A stretch of DNA of 64,000 nt from assembly GCA_043228905.1 (NCBI GenBank), contig JBHGNT010000002.1:4588001-4652000 (forward strand). The letters are read 5' to 3'. The stretch is from Azolla caroliniana. Lineage: Eukaryota > Plantae > Polypodiophyta. Each line of letters starts with the position of its first letter. Positions within the stretch are counted from its first letter, which is position 1. The notes beneath the pieces were generated by a model, which searched no databases, was not told where the DNA came from, and worked only from the letters and a program-made list of their open reading frames with translations. Positions 26,601 through 38,889 of this stretch are shown piece by piece. The position numbers and the translations under genes are program-made.

Positions 26601-29294
26601 AGGTGTTCGGGTGTCTCGCATACGTGCATGTGGCAAAGGACCGGAGAGGAAAGCTAGATCCAAAGACCCGGCCATGCATATTCCTCGGTTATGGCGACGA
26701 CGAGTTCGGCTACCGAGTATGGGACCCGGTCGACAAGAAGATATTCAGGAGTCGAGACATCATCTTCATGGAGGACAAGACACTCGCCGACTGGGAGTCG
26801 GAGAAGAAGATGAAGAGCTCCAAGTCGACCGGTGAGGATCAACTCTACGAGGAGCAGTCCCGACCGGCAAGGGACCGGTTAGCACTCGAGGATTCGGCCG
26901 AAGACGGTGAAGAAACAGAACCGGCTGAAGAAGATGAAAATGATACCGGAACCGGCCCCGATCCCGAAATGGATTCGGATGAAGAAGAATCGGAAGAACC
27001 GGCTACCGAAGCTCCGGAACGGAGATACCCTCTAAGAGAGAGAAGGGCCCCCCGGAGATTTCCGGAACCAGAGCACGTGTTGCTAATCGACGAGGGGGAG
27101 CCGGAGAGCTTTGAAGAAGCAAAGCATGACACCCAGAGCCGCAGGTGGCTGAGTGCCATGCAGGACGAGATGGATTCCCTGCATGAGAACCACACATATG
27201 AACTTGTGGAGTTGCCGAAAGGAAAGCGGGCACTTCGAAACAAGTGGGTGTTCAAGCTGAAACCGGGAGATGCCGGAAACCCCCCGAGATACAAAGCCAG
27301 GATCGTGGTGAAGGGGTTTCAGCAGAAGAAGGGCGTCGACTTCGACGAGATATTTGCCCCGGTAGTGAAGATGACCTCCATCCGGACGGTGCTGAGCATA
27401 GCGGCAAGCATGGACCTCGAGGTAGAACAGATGGACGTGAAGACGGCATTCCTTCACGGTAACCTCGATGAAGAGATCTACATGCAGCAACCGGAAGGAT
27501 TCGAGAAGAAAGGGAAGGAGCACCTGGTATGCCGATTGAAGAAGAGCCTTTACGGACTGAAGCAGGCTCCCCGACAATGGTACCGGAAGTTCGACTCCTT
27601 CATGACCGACGAAGGGTACCTCAAAACGCAGTCCGACCACTGCGTGTTTGTGAAGAAGTTCGAAGGAGGAGACTTTCTAATACTCCTCCTGTACGTGGAC
27701 GACATGTTGATCGTCGGACGGGACCAGGTCAAGATACGGATGCTGAAGAAGGCTCTTCACCGAACCTTCTCAATGAAGGACCTGGGTCCGGCGAGACAAA
27801 TACTAGGGATGCACATCATCCGGGACCGGAAGAAGAAGCAGTTGTGGCTGTCACAGGAGAAGTACGTGACGAAGGTGCTTCACCGGTTCAACATGTCGGA
27901 AGCAAGACCGGTCGGATCGACCCTCCCGGCAAACTGCAAGCTGTCCAGCAAGCAAAGTCCCAAGACAAAGGCTGAAAAGGAGGATATGATGAAAGTGCCG
28001 TATGCCTCAGCCGTCGGGAGCTTGATGTACGCCATGGTGTGTACGAGACCGGACATAGGATATGCAGTCGGAGTGGTGAGCCGGTACATGAGCAATCCCG
28101 GCAAAGAGCATTGGAACGCGGCCAAGTGGATACTCCGATACCTGAAGGGCACAGCAAACGTGTGCCTCCGATTCGGCTCCGGTAGGCCCGAACTCGACGG
28201 CTTCACCGATTCGGATATGTCGGCTGATGCAGATACCAGCCGGTCCACATCAGGGTATGTGATGACGTATGCAGGGGGAGCTGTTTCGTGGCAGTCGAGG
28301 CTGCAGAAGACGGTTGCGTTGTCAACCACGGAGGCGGAGTACATGGCAGCTGTTGAAGCCGGCAAGGAAATAATATGGATGAAGGACTTCATTAGAGAGC
28401 TCGGTATCCGGCAGGAGGAGTACCGACTCTACTGCGACAGTCAGAGTGCAATCCACCTTGCGAAGAACGCGGCCTATCACTCCCGGACGAAGCACATCCA
28501 GCGAAGATATCACTGGATCCGGGAAAGGATAGAAGACAAGGAGTTCGTGCTGACAAAGATCCACACGGACGAGAATGGGTCGGATATGCTGACCAAGGTG
28601 CTCACACCCGACAAGCTGGAAGCATGCCGGAAGAGGATCGGATTGGAAAGACATCCCATGCCGAAGTGAAGGGGGAGTTTGTTGGGATTTCGGTCCCTTC
28701 GGATGGGATGGTCGGATGTCGGAAATGAATGCCGACGAGCCCGGTTTCGGTTTCGGATCCGGATGATGAAGACCCCGACTTCGGAGCCGGATGACGAATG
28801 TACCCGGAGAGCGATCCGAATGCAGGGACATATCCGTGAATATGTCTGCTATGGGCCCCTGAGGCTATAGTTGTAAATAGCCCCAAAGTCATATATGTAT
28901 AAATATGACTTAGGGCAAACTGTTCTAATGTTGCTACTCATTTTTCTGTTTTTCCACTCAAGAGGAGTGAAGAGAGAGCAGCCGTGAGAGAGAGAGAGAG
29001 ATAGAGCGCGAGAGAGGAAGAGGTAGACGCCTCTGTGTATTTCCGCCGCCTGTGGCGAGGACAGCGAGCTCAAGGTCGTCGCCTTGCAGCTCGCCATTGT
29101 ATACTTCTCTGTATAGTGTTGGTTTGGAGTCTTGTGCTCCCGTGGTTTTTCCCGTCTAGGGTTTTCCACGTTAATCCCTGTGTACTCGCGTTTTTTTTGT
29201 TTCTCCGTGTGGTTCCTATTTTCTGCTCCATTGATCCGCGATTAATCGGTTGTGGCCGAGCGAAGAAGGGGAATAGAAGGGTCTATTCCCAACA
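23692..29294 (+). mobile_element. Very young full-length Ty1/Copia element F (Tnt1/Tork-like)
   Basis: 615-bp LTRs at 23692-24306 and 28680-29294 with one difference seen; TSD CCTCT; tRNA-Met(i) PBS TGGTATCAGAGC at 24310-24321; PPT GAAGGGGGAG. Confidence 0.97.
24337..28669 (+). pseudogene. gag-pol polyprotein of Copia F, frameshifted by a 34-bp duplication
   Basis: gag with CCHC knuckle CFHCGKPGHFRKNC, protease WVVDSGAS, integrase LELVHTDV and LRADNGGEY-like IRADNGGEY, RT YVDDMLI, RNase H DSDMS..TEAEY. No internal stops other than those caused by the frameshift at ~25055. In-frame 225-bp duplication at 26104/26329. Confidence 0.93.
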
Positions 29295-32200
29295 CCTCTA
29301 GGGCCAATGTGTGTAAGGTCGCGGCACCGCCGCTTGTCTCCTCCGTTCTCCGCATCGGCCTCTTCGGCTGGTCACGTTCACCTGCCACCACCGTCCTTTC
29401 CTATAGGACTCATGCCGGCACTCTGGCCGACAGCCGGATCGGTGTGAGGATCTTCGCAAACCGCCTGTCCGCAATTCTTTGTCTTCGTCCCCTCGCCACC
29501 ACCGATCGTCACTCTAGGTCTCACGCTGGCTCTCGGGCCGATCGCCGGAGTCTCAGGAACCGGTGTGAAGGATCCTCCTCGGGCTCGTCATATCTCTGAC
29601 CCTTATCCCGAGCCTCCCTTCTTTCGCAAGCCGAGAGGGTGGCTCGCTCCACACCCTCTCCCGTGGTACCGACGTACCGTGTTCTCAGCCTCTCGTAGGC
29701 CTGCTCTCTTCCTCCCTCCCGGAATGGTTATCCGGGAGTCCGCTCCGCCCGGTTCTCGTCCGGGTCCTCTAGATTGCCGGGTCCCGTTCTCCTGTCGCCA
29801 CCGATCTCTCCTATAGGACTCACGCCGACACTCGGGCTGACAGCCGTATTGGTGTGAGGATCTCCGTAGGACCGGTCTTTGTTCTCCTCTTCATCCTTTG
29901 TACTACTCCCGAACTCGTCGTTGCTCTCCTTCTCGCGTACCTGCCTCCATCTCCCATCTCTCCATGTCTCACGCCGGCGCTCGTTGCCAGCTGCCTGAGT
30001 CTCCGGATAAGACGTGGTGTTTCCGTCCCGTAATGATTTGCGGACACTCGTTCGGGGTACCGCTCCCCAAGCACGTTCGTTGAGAAGCATCTGGACTTCG
30101 ATCGATCAACTGCCGCCTGCACTTGATTCTCCAATGTCCGGAGTTTTGGGCAGCGGTGTCCGAAACCTACCGGTCTCTCTCCGCAACCTCGCTCGCTAGC
30201 TTCCCGAATTGCGGCCTTCGCCTGGCTTGCTTGTGTCCTCATGTAAAAGAGGGTGATTAGTTTCGCACCCTCTTCCGCGCCGGCACTATCGCACCGAACC
30301 GAGCCCTACCGATCGGGCTCTATAGCCCGTCCCTGGTCTTTCACGCCTTGGGCTTGTTTCGGTTGAGTCATCCACATCCGGATCACGCTCCATCCGAATC
30401 GGAATGGCGATCTTTCCGTGCCGCCTCCATCCTTGGCCTCCTCGCAGGCCGTTTCCCATCCATCATCGTTGGCATCGTGCCAGGACTCTTCGTCAGCGCC
30501 TTCCTTCTCTCCGGTCTCATGTCGGCACACAGGCTTGACCACCGGAGTCTCCGGAATCCGCGTGGAGGGCTTTTCTCCGCTCCTGACCTTGTCCTCGGTC
30601 GGCAATTCTCCACAAGTCGAGAGGGCATTATGTCCCACACCCCCTCCCGTGGTACCGTGGTACCGGACTTCCGCCATTGCGTGGCGCAAGTCCGTCTCCT
30701 TGGTCTCGGCTTGCGGCCTCAATCTTTCCACTTCCTCGAGCATCGCCTCGAGAGCTGCGTACGCCTCCGCAATCCTGGCCCCAACGTCGACCCTTCCTGA
30801 CTCTCTTTGCCGTTCGGCCTCTTCCCGATGTGATGGCACGCCGTCGCGTGCCTTCCTCTTAGCCTTCTCAACTCGCTCGTCATCTAGCTGTTGGCACACC
30901 CTTCCGACCTTTGACCAGTCCTCGGTGAGGCCATTCGCTCCGTCCTCGTCTTCGAGCTCAATCCCGATGGCCTCCCGTTCCGCTCGGTCGATCGACTTAA
31001 CGAACAACAGGACTTTGTCCGCCCCCACCAAACCTTGTTCCCGCTCCGGGAGCCGAGCAAGCTGCCGCTCGTACTCTCGAAACGCCTTCATTGCGCCTTT
31101 GTGGGTCTTCGCCGATGCAACCCACTGGTCGAAGTCGCGTCGTCCCCGGCTCTTCCGACGTCCTCCATACACCTATAGGAGTGCCTTTTCGAAGGCCTCC
31201 CACGAACTATGAGCTTCTCGGAGATCCTTCACTTCCGCATGCATACGGACGACGACGACCCGACAGAAGAACTACAACCTCAACGCCTCGTCTACGTCTC
31301 GCTCCTCCATCTCCGCGTTGTAGGCTTTCAAGTAGGATGGGACTTTGTCCCCGTTGAAACGGCCGACTCTTTCGACCACTCGCTCAACCGCTTGTTGCGC
31401 TATCTCTCATCTTGCCGTTGCTTGTCCAAACTCCCTCACTGCTTCGACAAAAAGTTGTGCGAAGTTGTCTTCTTCCAACTCTATCCTCCCTTGCCGCCCT
31501 TCACGTCGGGTTCACCTAATATGTCGCTATGTTTCGCGGGTACGTGTAGAATTCGAGGCGGGACCACGGGGGTCTTGGAGTAGGGAGTGACAGAGTGTAG
31601 GAAGCCGACTTCTCTCCGGTCCCGGCTGCACTGATTGTGGCGCGAATCGGAGCGATTCTGGACGCGTACCGATGACTACCAAACGCGAGAGAGGAAGAAA
31701 GGGAGAGAACACGCGCGCAACATCGACACAACACACACCTCTTATGTACAGGAAACACAGGGAAGGGAAAGCACTCGACACCAACAAAGATACAAATATG
31801 CACAACCCTGTATATATATATGATTACAAGAGTGAGTTACAACTCCGACTCCGACTCCGAACCGAACTAAGGTAGGTTAGGTCGCAACAGCAGTCTGCCG
31901 CCAAGCCACCGTCGGGGAGCTCTCGGGCTCGTCGCGCCGAGCGGGGTCTTGCACAGGAGGCCAAGCAGAAGCAACCTACAACAGGGAGAGATACAACCCC
32001 GGTCGCGAGCTGGCTACGTACAGAAGAAGAGAAACTAACCTAACAGCTTGTCATCATAGCTACTGCTCAACTCCTCGAGAAGGAGCAGAAAAGAAACGAA
32101 GAAAAGAAAGAATGTAGCTAACCCTACAAAGAAACACAAAACGGTATACCCTTAAGACTCAAAATGGGCAACCCCTTCACAAGAGGCGCTCCCTTCCTTT

Positions 32201-33233
32201 CATAGAACAAGCAGGGAGATGCGTTACCATGTGGGATAAATCCCGACCTACATGGGATTCTTTGTTCTGACTTGACTACTCTTCGGCGCCATAAAGGCGC
32301 CCTCGTTATTCACACTAAATGTACAAGGGTGAGCGCACATGCTGCACCCCGCTAATGTAGCCAATATTTCCCGGTTTCCGCCTCTAGCCGAAACAACATT
32401 TCGACAAGTCGAATCCGACTCAGCTCCAGTTGTCTACAATGATAGTCAGGGTGTTGTCGCTTTGTCAAAAATCCGGTTCATCACAACGCCTCCAAGCATA
32501 TCGACGTTCGATATCACTTTGTTCAGGACTGTGTTATCTCCGGAAAAATCAGCCTCGAAAAGATATCTACAACCGAAAATGTTGTAGATGGGATGACCAA
32601 ATGTGTTTCGGCGGATCGATTCCAAACCTTACGACACCATATGAGCGTAACTAAGAATCAATCTGATTAAGTCGGCCAGTCATGATGTTTTTTGAACAAT
32701 TGACTTCGATAACTAGAAGCTTGGTCTTAGTTTTCCCAATCTTAGCCAGTTTGGCCTTTTGTTTTTTGAAGTTCACCGACTCGAACAAAATTTTCAATTT
32801 GTTTGAAAAACCTTGTATCAATCTGTATTGTACATTTATTTCGATTTATAGATTTTCGATGTATACGCCCATTATAGGGGAGTGTTGAATGCGGGTCTCT
32901 AATGAACTTATTCACATTTTCTCCCTTTGTATACACTAGGTTTAGGCTATTTATGTAAATAGTGAGAAGGGCAGTAGCCCTAAGTTAGTCAGTATATAAA
33001 CTGACTTTGTAACCTAGCTTTCATGTTTTATTTTTTGTTGGTTCAAATATAGTTCATCTTTTGCCTAACGTCTCTCTCTCTCTCTCTCTTGCGTTCTTGC
33101 GTTCTTGTTGATCTTCCTTCTTGATTCTGTTTCTAGTTGCCATCAATCTTCTTCATTGCATCTATCAACGATCTCCTCACAGAAGAGTGTCGAGATTGTT
33201 CCGCACCTACACGGCCGTGTTCTGAACAGAAAG

Positions 33234-33610
33234 GTACAAAGGAACAAGAAAATCAAGGATAGGGACATAGAGATTTAACGTGGAAACCCCTTAATGGGAA
33301 AAACCACGGGAGCCCAAAAACTCCGAACAAAATCGCTATAGAAGAGTGTATCCAAGATCACAAGGCCACAACCTTGTGCTGATCTTCATCTATCTCAGTA
33401 GACGGCCATTATAGTGAAGCAATAGAGAAGTCACAAGACACTAGACCCAGTTATAGTGCAACTACCGATTTGTAGTGATCGCACTCGAGCCTCGACACAT
33501 AGTGAGCTCGTTTAGTGTTGCACACAGTCCTTGCACTCACTTCTATCCCTCCTTGTGTGTATATAACTCGGATCATACATCACATATATACTTATTATAT
33601 ATAGGGTTCA
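33234..33610 (-). mobile_element. Remainder of the 5' LTR of Copia A, separated from it by element B
   Basis: Lies immediately after the GAAAG TSD. Minus strand carries CCCGTGGTTTTTCCCATTAAGGGGTTTCCACGTTAAAT, the same LTR motif as F and G. Confidence 0.7.
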
Positions 33611-33613
33611 TTT

Positions 33614-34010
33614 TAGGTTCGGTTTGAACAGTTAGAAACTGCAGTTTAAACGGTTTAAAGGTTTTTTATTTTATTTTTCAAATTAAAAAATAAAAATAAA
33701 AAATTGTTTTTAAACAATCTTTTCATTTTCATGCCTTATTCTCACATTTTAGGAAAATCTTTAAATTTTAAAAAATTTACATAATGAAATATTTTAAATT
33801 TTAAAATTTGAGCTAAGTTGAAAACCAAAATCGAACGACGAAACCGTGGTTTTACCAGTTTAATGGTGTCATGGTTTGAATTTTTTTTAATGGTTCAGTT
33901 TAACGGTTTCGTGGTTCGGTTTAGGTTTCGAAATGTTTAAATGGTTTGGTTTCAAACCGGTTTGGTTTTGACCCTCTCGAACCGAACCGAACCGTTGCCG
34001 CTGACTGTTA
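33614..34010. mobile_element. hAT-type MITE, copy 3 (left end missing)
   Basis: Same core (TTTTAAACAATCTTTTCATTTT, CACATTTTAGGAA) and a degenerate right TIR GTTGCCGCTGACTGTTA. About 100 bp of the left end is absent. Confidence 0.85.
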
Positions 34011-35366
34011 TTGAAAAGGAATCTAGTGCAAATATCAAAATCTTAAGGTCAAATGGAGGGGGAGAATATTTTTTTCTCAAGTTTTCAAATTTTTTGTATG
34101 AATGTGACATTCGTAGGCAATTCACATGTAGGTATACGCCCCAACAAAATGGGGTTGTAGAGAGAAAAAATAGTGTGATTGCTAAAATTGCAAGATGTAT
34201 GCTGAATGAGAAAAATATGGCTCAGTATTTTTGGGTTGATGCAATGTTTACAACAGTTTACCTCATTAATAGAAGTCCAACTACAAGTGTGCATATAATA
34301 AAACTTGAAGAAGAATGGTCTGGTAGAAAACCAGACTTGTCACACTTACGAATATTTGGTTTTGTATGCTATGTTCATATACCAAGTGAATTAAGGAGTA
34401 AACTTGATGCAAGTCTGAAAAATGTATATTTGTGGGTTATTCCCTTGAGCGAAAGGGATATTGATGCTATAATCCAATCACAAAAGAGCTTGAGTAAGTA
34501 GAGATGTCATTTTCAATGAGTTAGCTTCTTGGTATGAAAATCCTAACAAGTTGCAGATACATGAATTTGAGAAAGAAAAGAACTTGAAATTCAGGAGATT
34601 TCACAAGACAACATAACCTTGAGTGGACCGAAGAATTCAAGTAGTTCAAGTAAAAGTAATATAAGTTCATGGATTGGTAAGTTAAGAAGTTCTTTGAATG
34701 CTCGAGAGAGTACAAATAAAGTTAAAGGTAAAGAAAAGATAATTGATAATGATCAACTATGGATAGAAGAGCCAAGTATAGAAGAAGGGGGAGATACTAC
34801 AACTCAACCTAGAAGATCAACAAGAGTAAGACATCATGTTCAGAGATCAACATATGATTCCTTTATGATTAATCATTTTGCTTATATGTTGTAAGTGGTG
34901 AAAATAAAAGAACCATCAACGTTTGATGAAGCAATAAAAGACGACAAATGAGAATTAGTAATGGATGATGAAATACAAGCATTAGTGGAAAATGGAACGT
35001 TGGTATTAGTACATACGTAAGAGAATGTAATGCCAATTGGTTGCAAGTGGGTGTATAAGGTAAAGTATAATTCAGATGGCTCAATTAGTAGACAAAAATC
35101 TAGACTAGTTGCTAAAGGCTATGGTCAGAAATACGGTTTAGATAATGAAGAGACATTTAGTCTAGTTGCTAGAATGTCAACAGTTAGAATTGTGATTGCA
35201 CTTGCACTTGCAACTAGCAAAAATTGGGATTTGTATCAATTAGACGTAAAATAAAATAAATTTTGAATGGTGATTTACAGGAGGAAATATATATTGAACA
35301 ACCAGATGGTTATAGACATCCTAAATATCCTAGTTACGTTTGCAAACTAAAAAAAGCATGGTATGA
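34011..35366 (+). mobile_element. Degenerate AT-rich Copia fragment H (integrase to RT)
   Basis: [51 protein letters not shown] matching RNase H piece (AEYKAL..FHARSKHIEVQYHFVRE) lies at ~37118-37356. Confidence 0.85.
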
Positions 35367-35637
35367 TGTTGAGAATCAAACCCAACTTCCCCAATGAAAT
35401 GGCTTTCACACTAACAGTGGACACACTAGGTTAGTTTTGTAAATAGCAAAAAGGGTGGTTGCCCTAGGTTAGGTTAGTCAACCCTTTGTAACTTAGATAT
35501 TGTTGGATGTAATTTTTGTTTTTGCTAATATAGTTTCTTGTCTCTCTCTCTCCCTCTCTCTACTTTGTCTTGCACACACACACACATCACCTTCCACTGC
35601 ACAGAATGACACCTGATTCTTTACATTGTATCAGAGC
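35367..35637 (+). mobile_element. Copia-type LTR plus tRNA-Met PBS with no gag following
   Basis: TG..CA at 35367-35625, similar to the LTR of B (ACACTAGGTT..GTAAATAG..GTTGCCCTA); PBS TTGTATCAGAGC at 35626-35637. Confidence 0.75.
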
Positions 35638-36307
35638 GTTGTCCATCCAAGTAAGGACAACTAGTCACTGGACGATCTAACTTCTGGTAATCAGCTTTAT
35701 TCTCAGTTGCTTCAAAACAGCTGAAGCAGAGATCGTAGTTGAAATTCTTGCTTGATTTGTACCTCGGCCCTATTATAGGACACTTGTGACAAACGTCACA
35801 CTCCACTCCAAGATACATAACAAGGTATTTCTATTTATCTTCTTGGTTATATGGCTTCTCTTCATGGTGATGTGATGAACCAGGATCCTTTTCACCAACA
35901 TCCGACTGTTTTTTTCCTTCAGCCTTATGAGAGGAAAATTTGTTCAAGTTGTTCAAAACCTCTTGACATGTTTCCTCCAACTTGCAAGTTGAAAATTTGG
36001 TCACGTTGTTCAACACCTCTTTAAGTGATTCATTGGCATTATCTAGAACCTCTCTAGTTAATTTTGGATCAATGAATTGTGTGGTGTGAGTTTGCAAAAA
36101 GTTCTTGACCAAACCAAGAGTTGCTCGAGGAAAGACAACTTTCAATAGATTTTCAATATCCACATTGGGAATACTGTTACCATTATTATTACGACTGTTG
36201 TTCTTGTCATCATTATTATTCTCCACCGAGGAGGGTTTTGCTTCATGAGCTTTTTCTTTACCTTTTTGCTTCTCACTAGGGACTCAAACCTCAAGTCAGA
36301 GTGGATT
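35638..36307 (-). pseudogene. NBR1: Captured NBR1-like (selective autophagy receptor) fragment: PB1 end, linker and ZZ zinc finger
   Basis: One reading frame with three stops: NPL*LEV*VP..., then [32 protein letters not shown], which matches the plant NBR1 ZZ pattern GVxCDxCxxxPIxGPRxKSxxxxxYDLCxxCF. Confidence 0.72.
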
Positions 36308-37115
36308 ACATCCAAGATTCCTTTGCTCACATTCCTCTCTGTCTAGAATGGAAGTCAGCGTTGTTCCCCTCACATATGCCAGTGCCTTACTCTTTCGGTA
36401 AAATTCGGGAGTTTGATGACGACTCCTTTCGATTGCATGTTCTAGAGCTTCTGGAGATTGATGTGGCTGATTCTCTTGTGCCATAGTTTCAAGCTGGTTT
36501 CAACTTCGAAGCCTTTTGCAAACATGGTCAACTTTACCTCATTCGATTTGAGGATGAACATTCGGCCTTCTCGTCGGCAGTGAGCTATGAGTCAACTGTC
36601 TTTTTCAATGAAGCACCCTTCATTGTTGAGCCGCACTTGCATGCCTTGTTCTACTATCTCGCCGACTGAGACCAGATTTTTCGTGATGGTTGGGACATGC
36701 AGAATGTTCTTGAAGTAGGCTTGTTTGCCATCGTTCCCAAATGGGACATTTCTAACATGCTGAATGGGGTGAGTTGTGTCATTCCCAGTTTCGACATAGC
36801 CTAGTCGATCGGGCTTTCTCAACTCTCGAAACCAATCTTCGTGAGATGTCATGTGATTGGACGCTCAAGAGTCGACAAACCATACATTATCTCAAGGAGA
36901 GGTGTTGGTCAAACCTTGTGCCAATATCGAGTGTGCTTTATGCCTTATTACAAACATTCCGCCATGGTCGTCATAATCGAAATTCGTGCCATAGTTCGTG
37001 AGTTGTCAGCTGGTCGAAGCCGAATCTTGTTTCTTCTTTCGGCACTGCTCGTAGTGGCTTAGTTTTCCACAATCGAGTTGTTTTGGTGGCTTGATTTGGC
37101 AAGATGACTCCCATC
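36298..37115 (-). mobile_element. Copia protease and pre-integrase fragment
   Basis: HMTSHEDWF..GYVETGNDTTHPI..LHVPTITKNLVSV, then LWHKRISHINLQKL and ILDVIHSD. Confidence 0.85.
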
Positions 37116-37839
37116 GACTGAAGCAGAGTATAAAGCACTATCTCATGCAACATGTGAAGTAGTATGGTTGAGTAAGTTATTATCAAATTTACAAGTACGT
37201 CATGATAGATTTATGCTATTGTGCGATAATATGTTTAGACTTATATACTTGGCGAAAAGTCTTATGTTTCATGCAAGGTCAAAGCACATTGAGGTGCAAT
37301 ATCACTTTGTAAGAGAGAAAGTACTATCAAAAGAAGTAGGATTATTGTCATTTTGATAGTAAAGGTGCAGATACATAAAGTATGGATGCGTCACATGAGA
37401 TTTGATCTTGTAACCTTAGCCTCAAAGTCATTTAAGGCTTTATCAATTGACCTCTTTTTCATTTACATAAAAAAATGTAAACACAATATTAAATAAATTG
37501 TAATGTAGGGAGATAAAGAACACTTGCGCAGCACGTGGCACAACACATGTCTGCCACATGGCATTCATGCTAGGCTTTCCCACACCTATATAAAAAAGTC
37601 ATTGTATCTCTTATCATATATGAAAAATCCTTTTTTCCATTGCTTAGTCTCTCCCTCACCTTAATAGTTATATTGTTACTATACGTATTTATTTATTTAT
37701 TTTCTTAATAGGTCTTAGAACCCTCCACGCTTTCATCTACGCATTGAGAGTTATAGTTCTTTACATATCCAATCGAGTTTGACTTATATTTAATAACTTT
37801 GCCTCAATCGTTTTGAAGCTTGTTATTGAAATTTCTCCT

Positions 37840-38050
37840 CTTCGTGGTTGCCGAGCTTGTTCATTAAACTTAAGTGATATCTCAAATATGGATATCTTTT
37901 AGCATCCATCCTCCTATCTCAGATTTTATGTTTCTTCAATCAATAAACTGCTTACCTCGTCGTGGTTGTCGAGCTTGTCATTAATCATTTTGATATCTTA
38001 AGCATGGATATCTGTTAACACCCATTCTCCTATCTCAGATTTGACATTTA
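37840..38050. repeat. Diverged direct repeat, ~118-bp period
   Basis: TCGTGGTTGyCGAGCTTGT...TGGATATCT...CTCCTATCTCAGATTT occurs twice. Confidence 0.7.
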
Positions 38051-38889
38051 TTCAAACACTAAACCTCTTGCATCAGATTTTAACCATTCATGTAATACGA
38101 GGTCATCTATAACCGATATGACGCTTCTTCCAACACGTGAACCTTGTTCAATCATGATTTGTAAGCATGAACATTTATTGCATATTCATTTTCCTTCATC
38201 CATTTCATCAATGGAATAACTTAAATGATGGTTGTCTTGTTTAAAAAATCATCATGGTTTTGGAAAAGGAATAATATATGAATACGTGATTTATTGGCCT
38301 ATTCAAAATGTGTTTCTAATATCCGAAATGTGTTGATTTATCACGTTTACAGGTTCCATTTAAAAACATTAGTCTATCATTGCTTAGTGTAGTCTATATA
38401 GCCTGATCTACTTTCACAAGAAACTCATTTTTTTTAATAAATCTAGTGAGAATGGTAGTCATGAATGAGAGTGAGTTGTCAGGTAGCACAACTATATATG
38501 AAAGGAGCAACAGACAGGTGGTTCTTCGCACAGTCCACTATTTACTAGAAATAACTAAGAGATTTAGCAACGAGGATTGTAGGGATATTATCTCTAGAGT
38601 GTTACACCATCAATATTTGAATGAAGACATGGAGAATATTAATTTTAGGGACCAATGCGTTTTAGAGGAGATTGTAGAGTCTGTGAAGTCATCCCTAGAC
38701 TTAGTGAAAGGGATAGAGAGCATAGATAAGCTTGTTGCAAAGAGAGCAACCCTTCACATGGTTGTAAACAAGGCAACAAAAAAATATAGATAGAGATATT
38801 AAAATTGCCTTAGCCCTTGCTAGATTTGTGACAAAACCTGAATTGCAAGAATAAAAAGAGACATTACTCAATTTCTCTAAACCAACAAG

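Larger units (their letters stand above)
20442..32395 (-). mobile_element. Non-autonomous gag-only Gypsy-like LTR element E
   Basis: ~870-bp direct repeats at 20442-21313 and 31522-32395, about 40 differences by eye, mostly transitions. Minus-strand TATA at ~21118-21125. gag-like region at ~31480-30306 (GRFNGDKVPSYLKAY..WEAFEKALL..DKVLLFVKSID). GC-rich interior with degenerate repeats and no recognisable RT or integrase. Confidence 0.8.

Noticed and set aside
25960-28392. Antisense ORFs within Copia F
   Set aside because: Shadow ORFs of a GC-rich coding strand.
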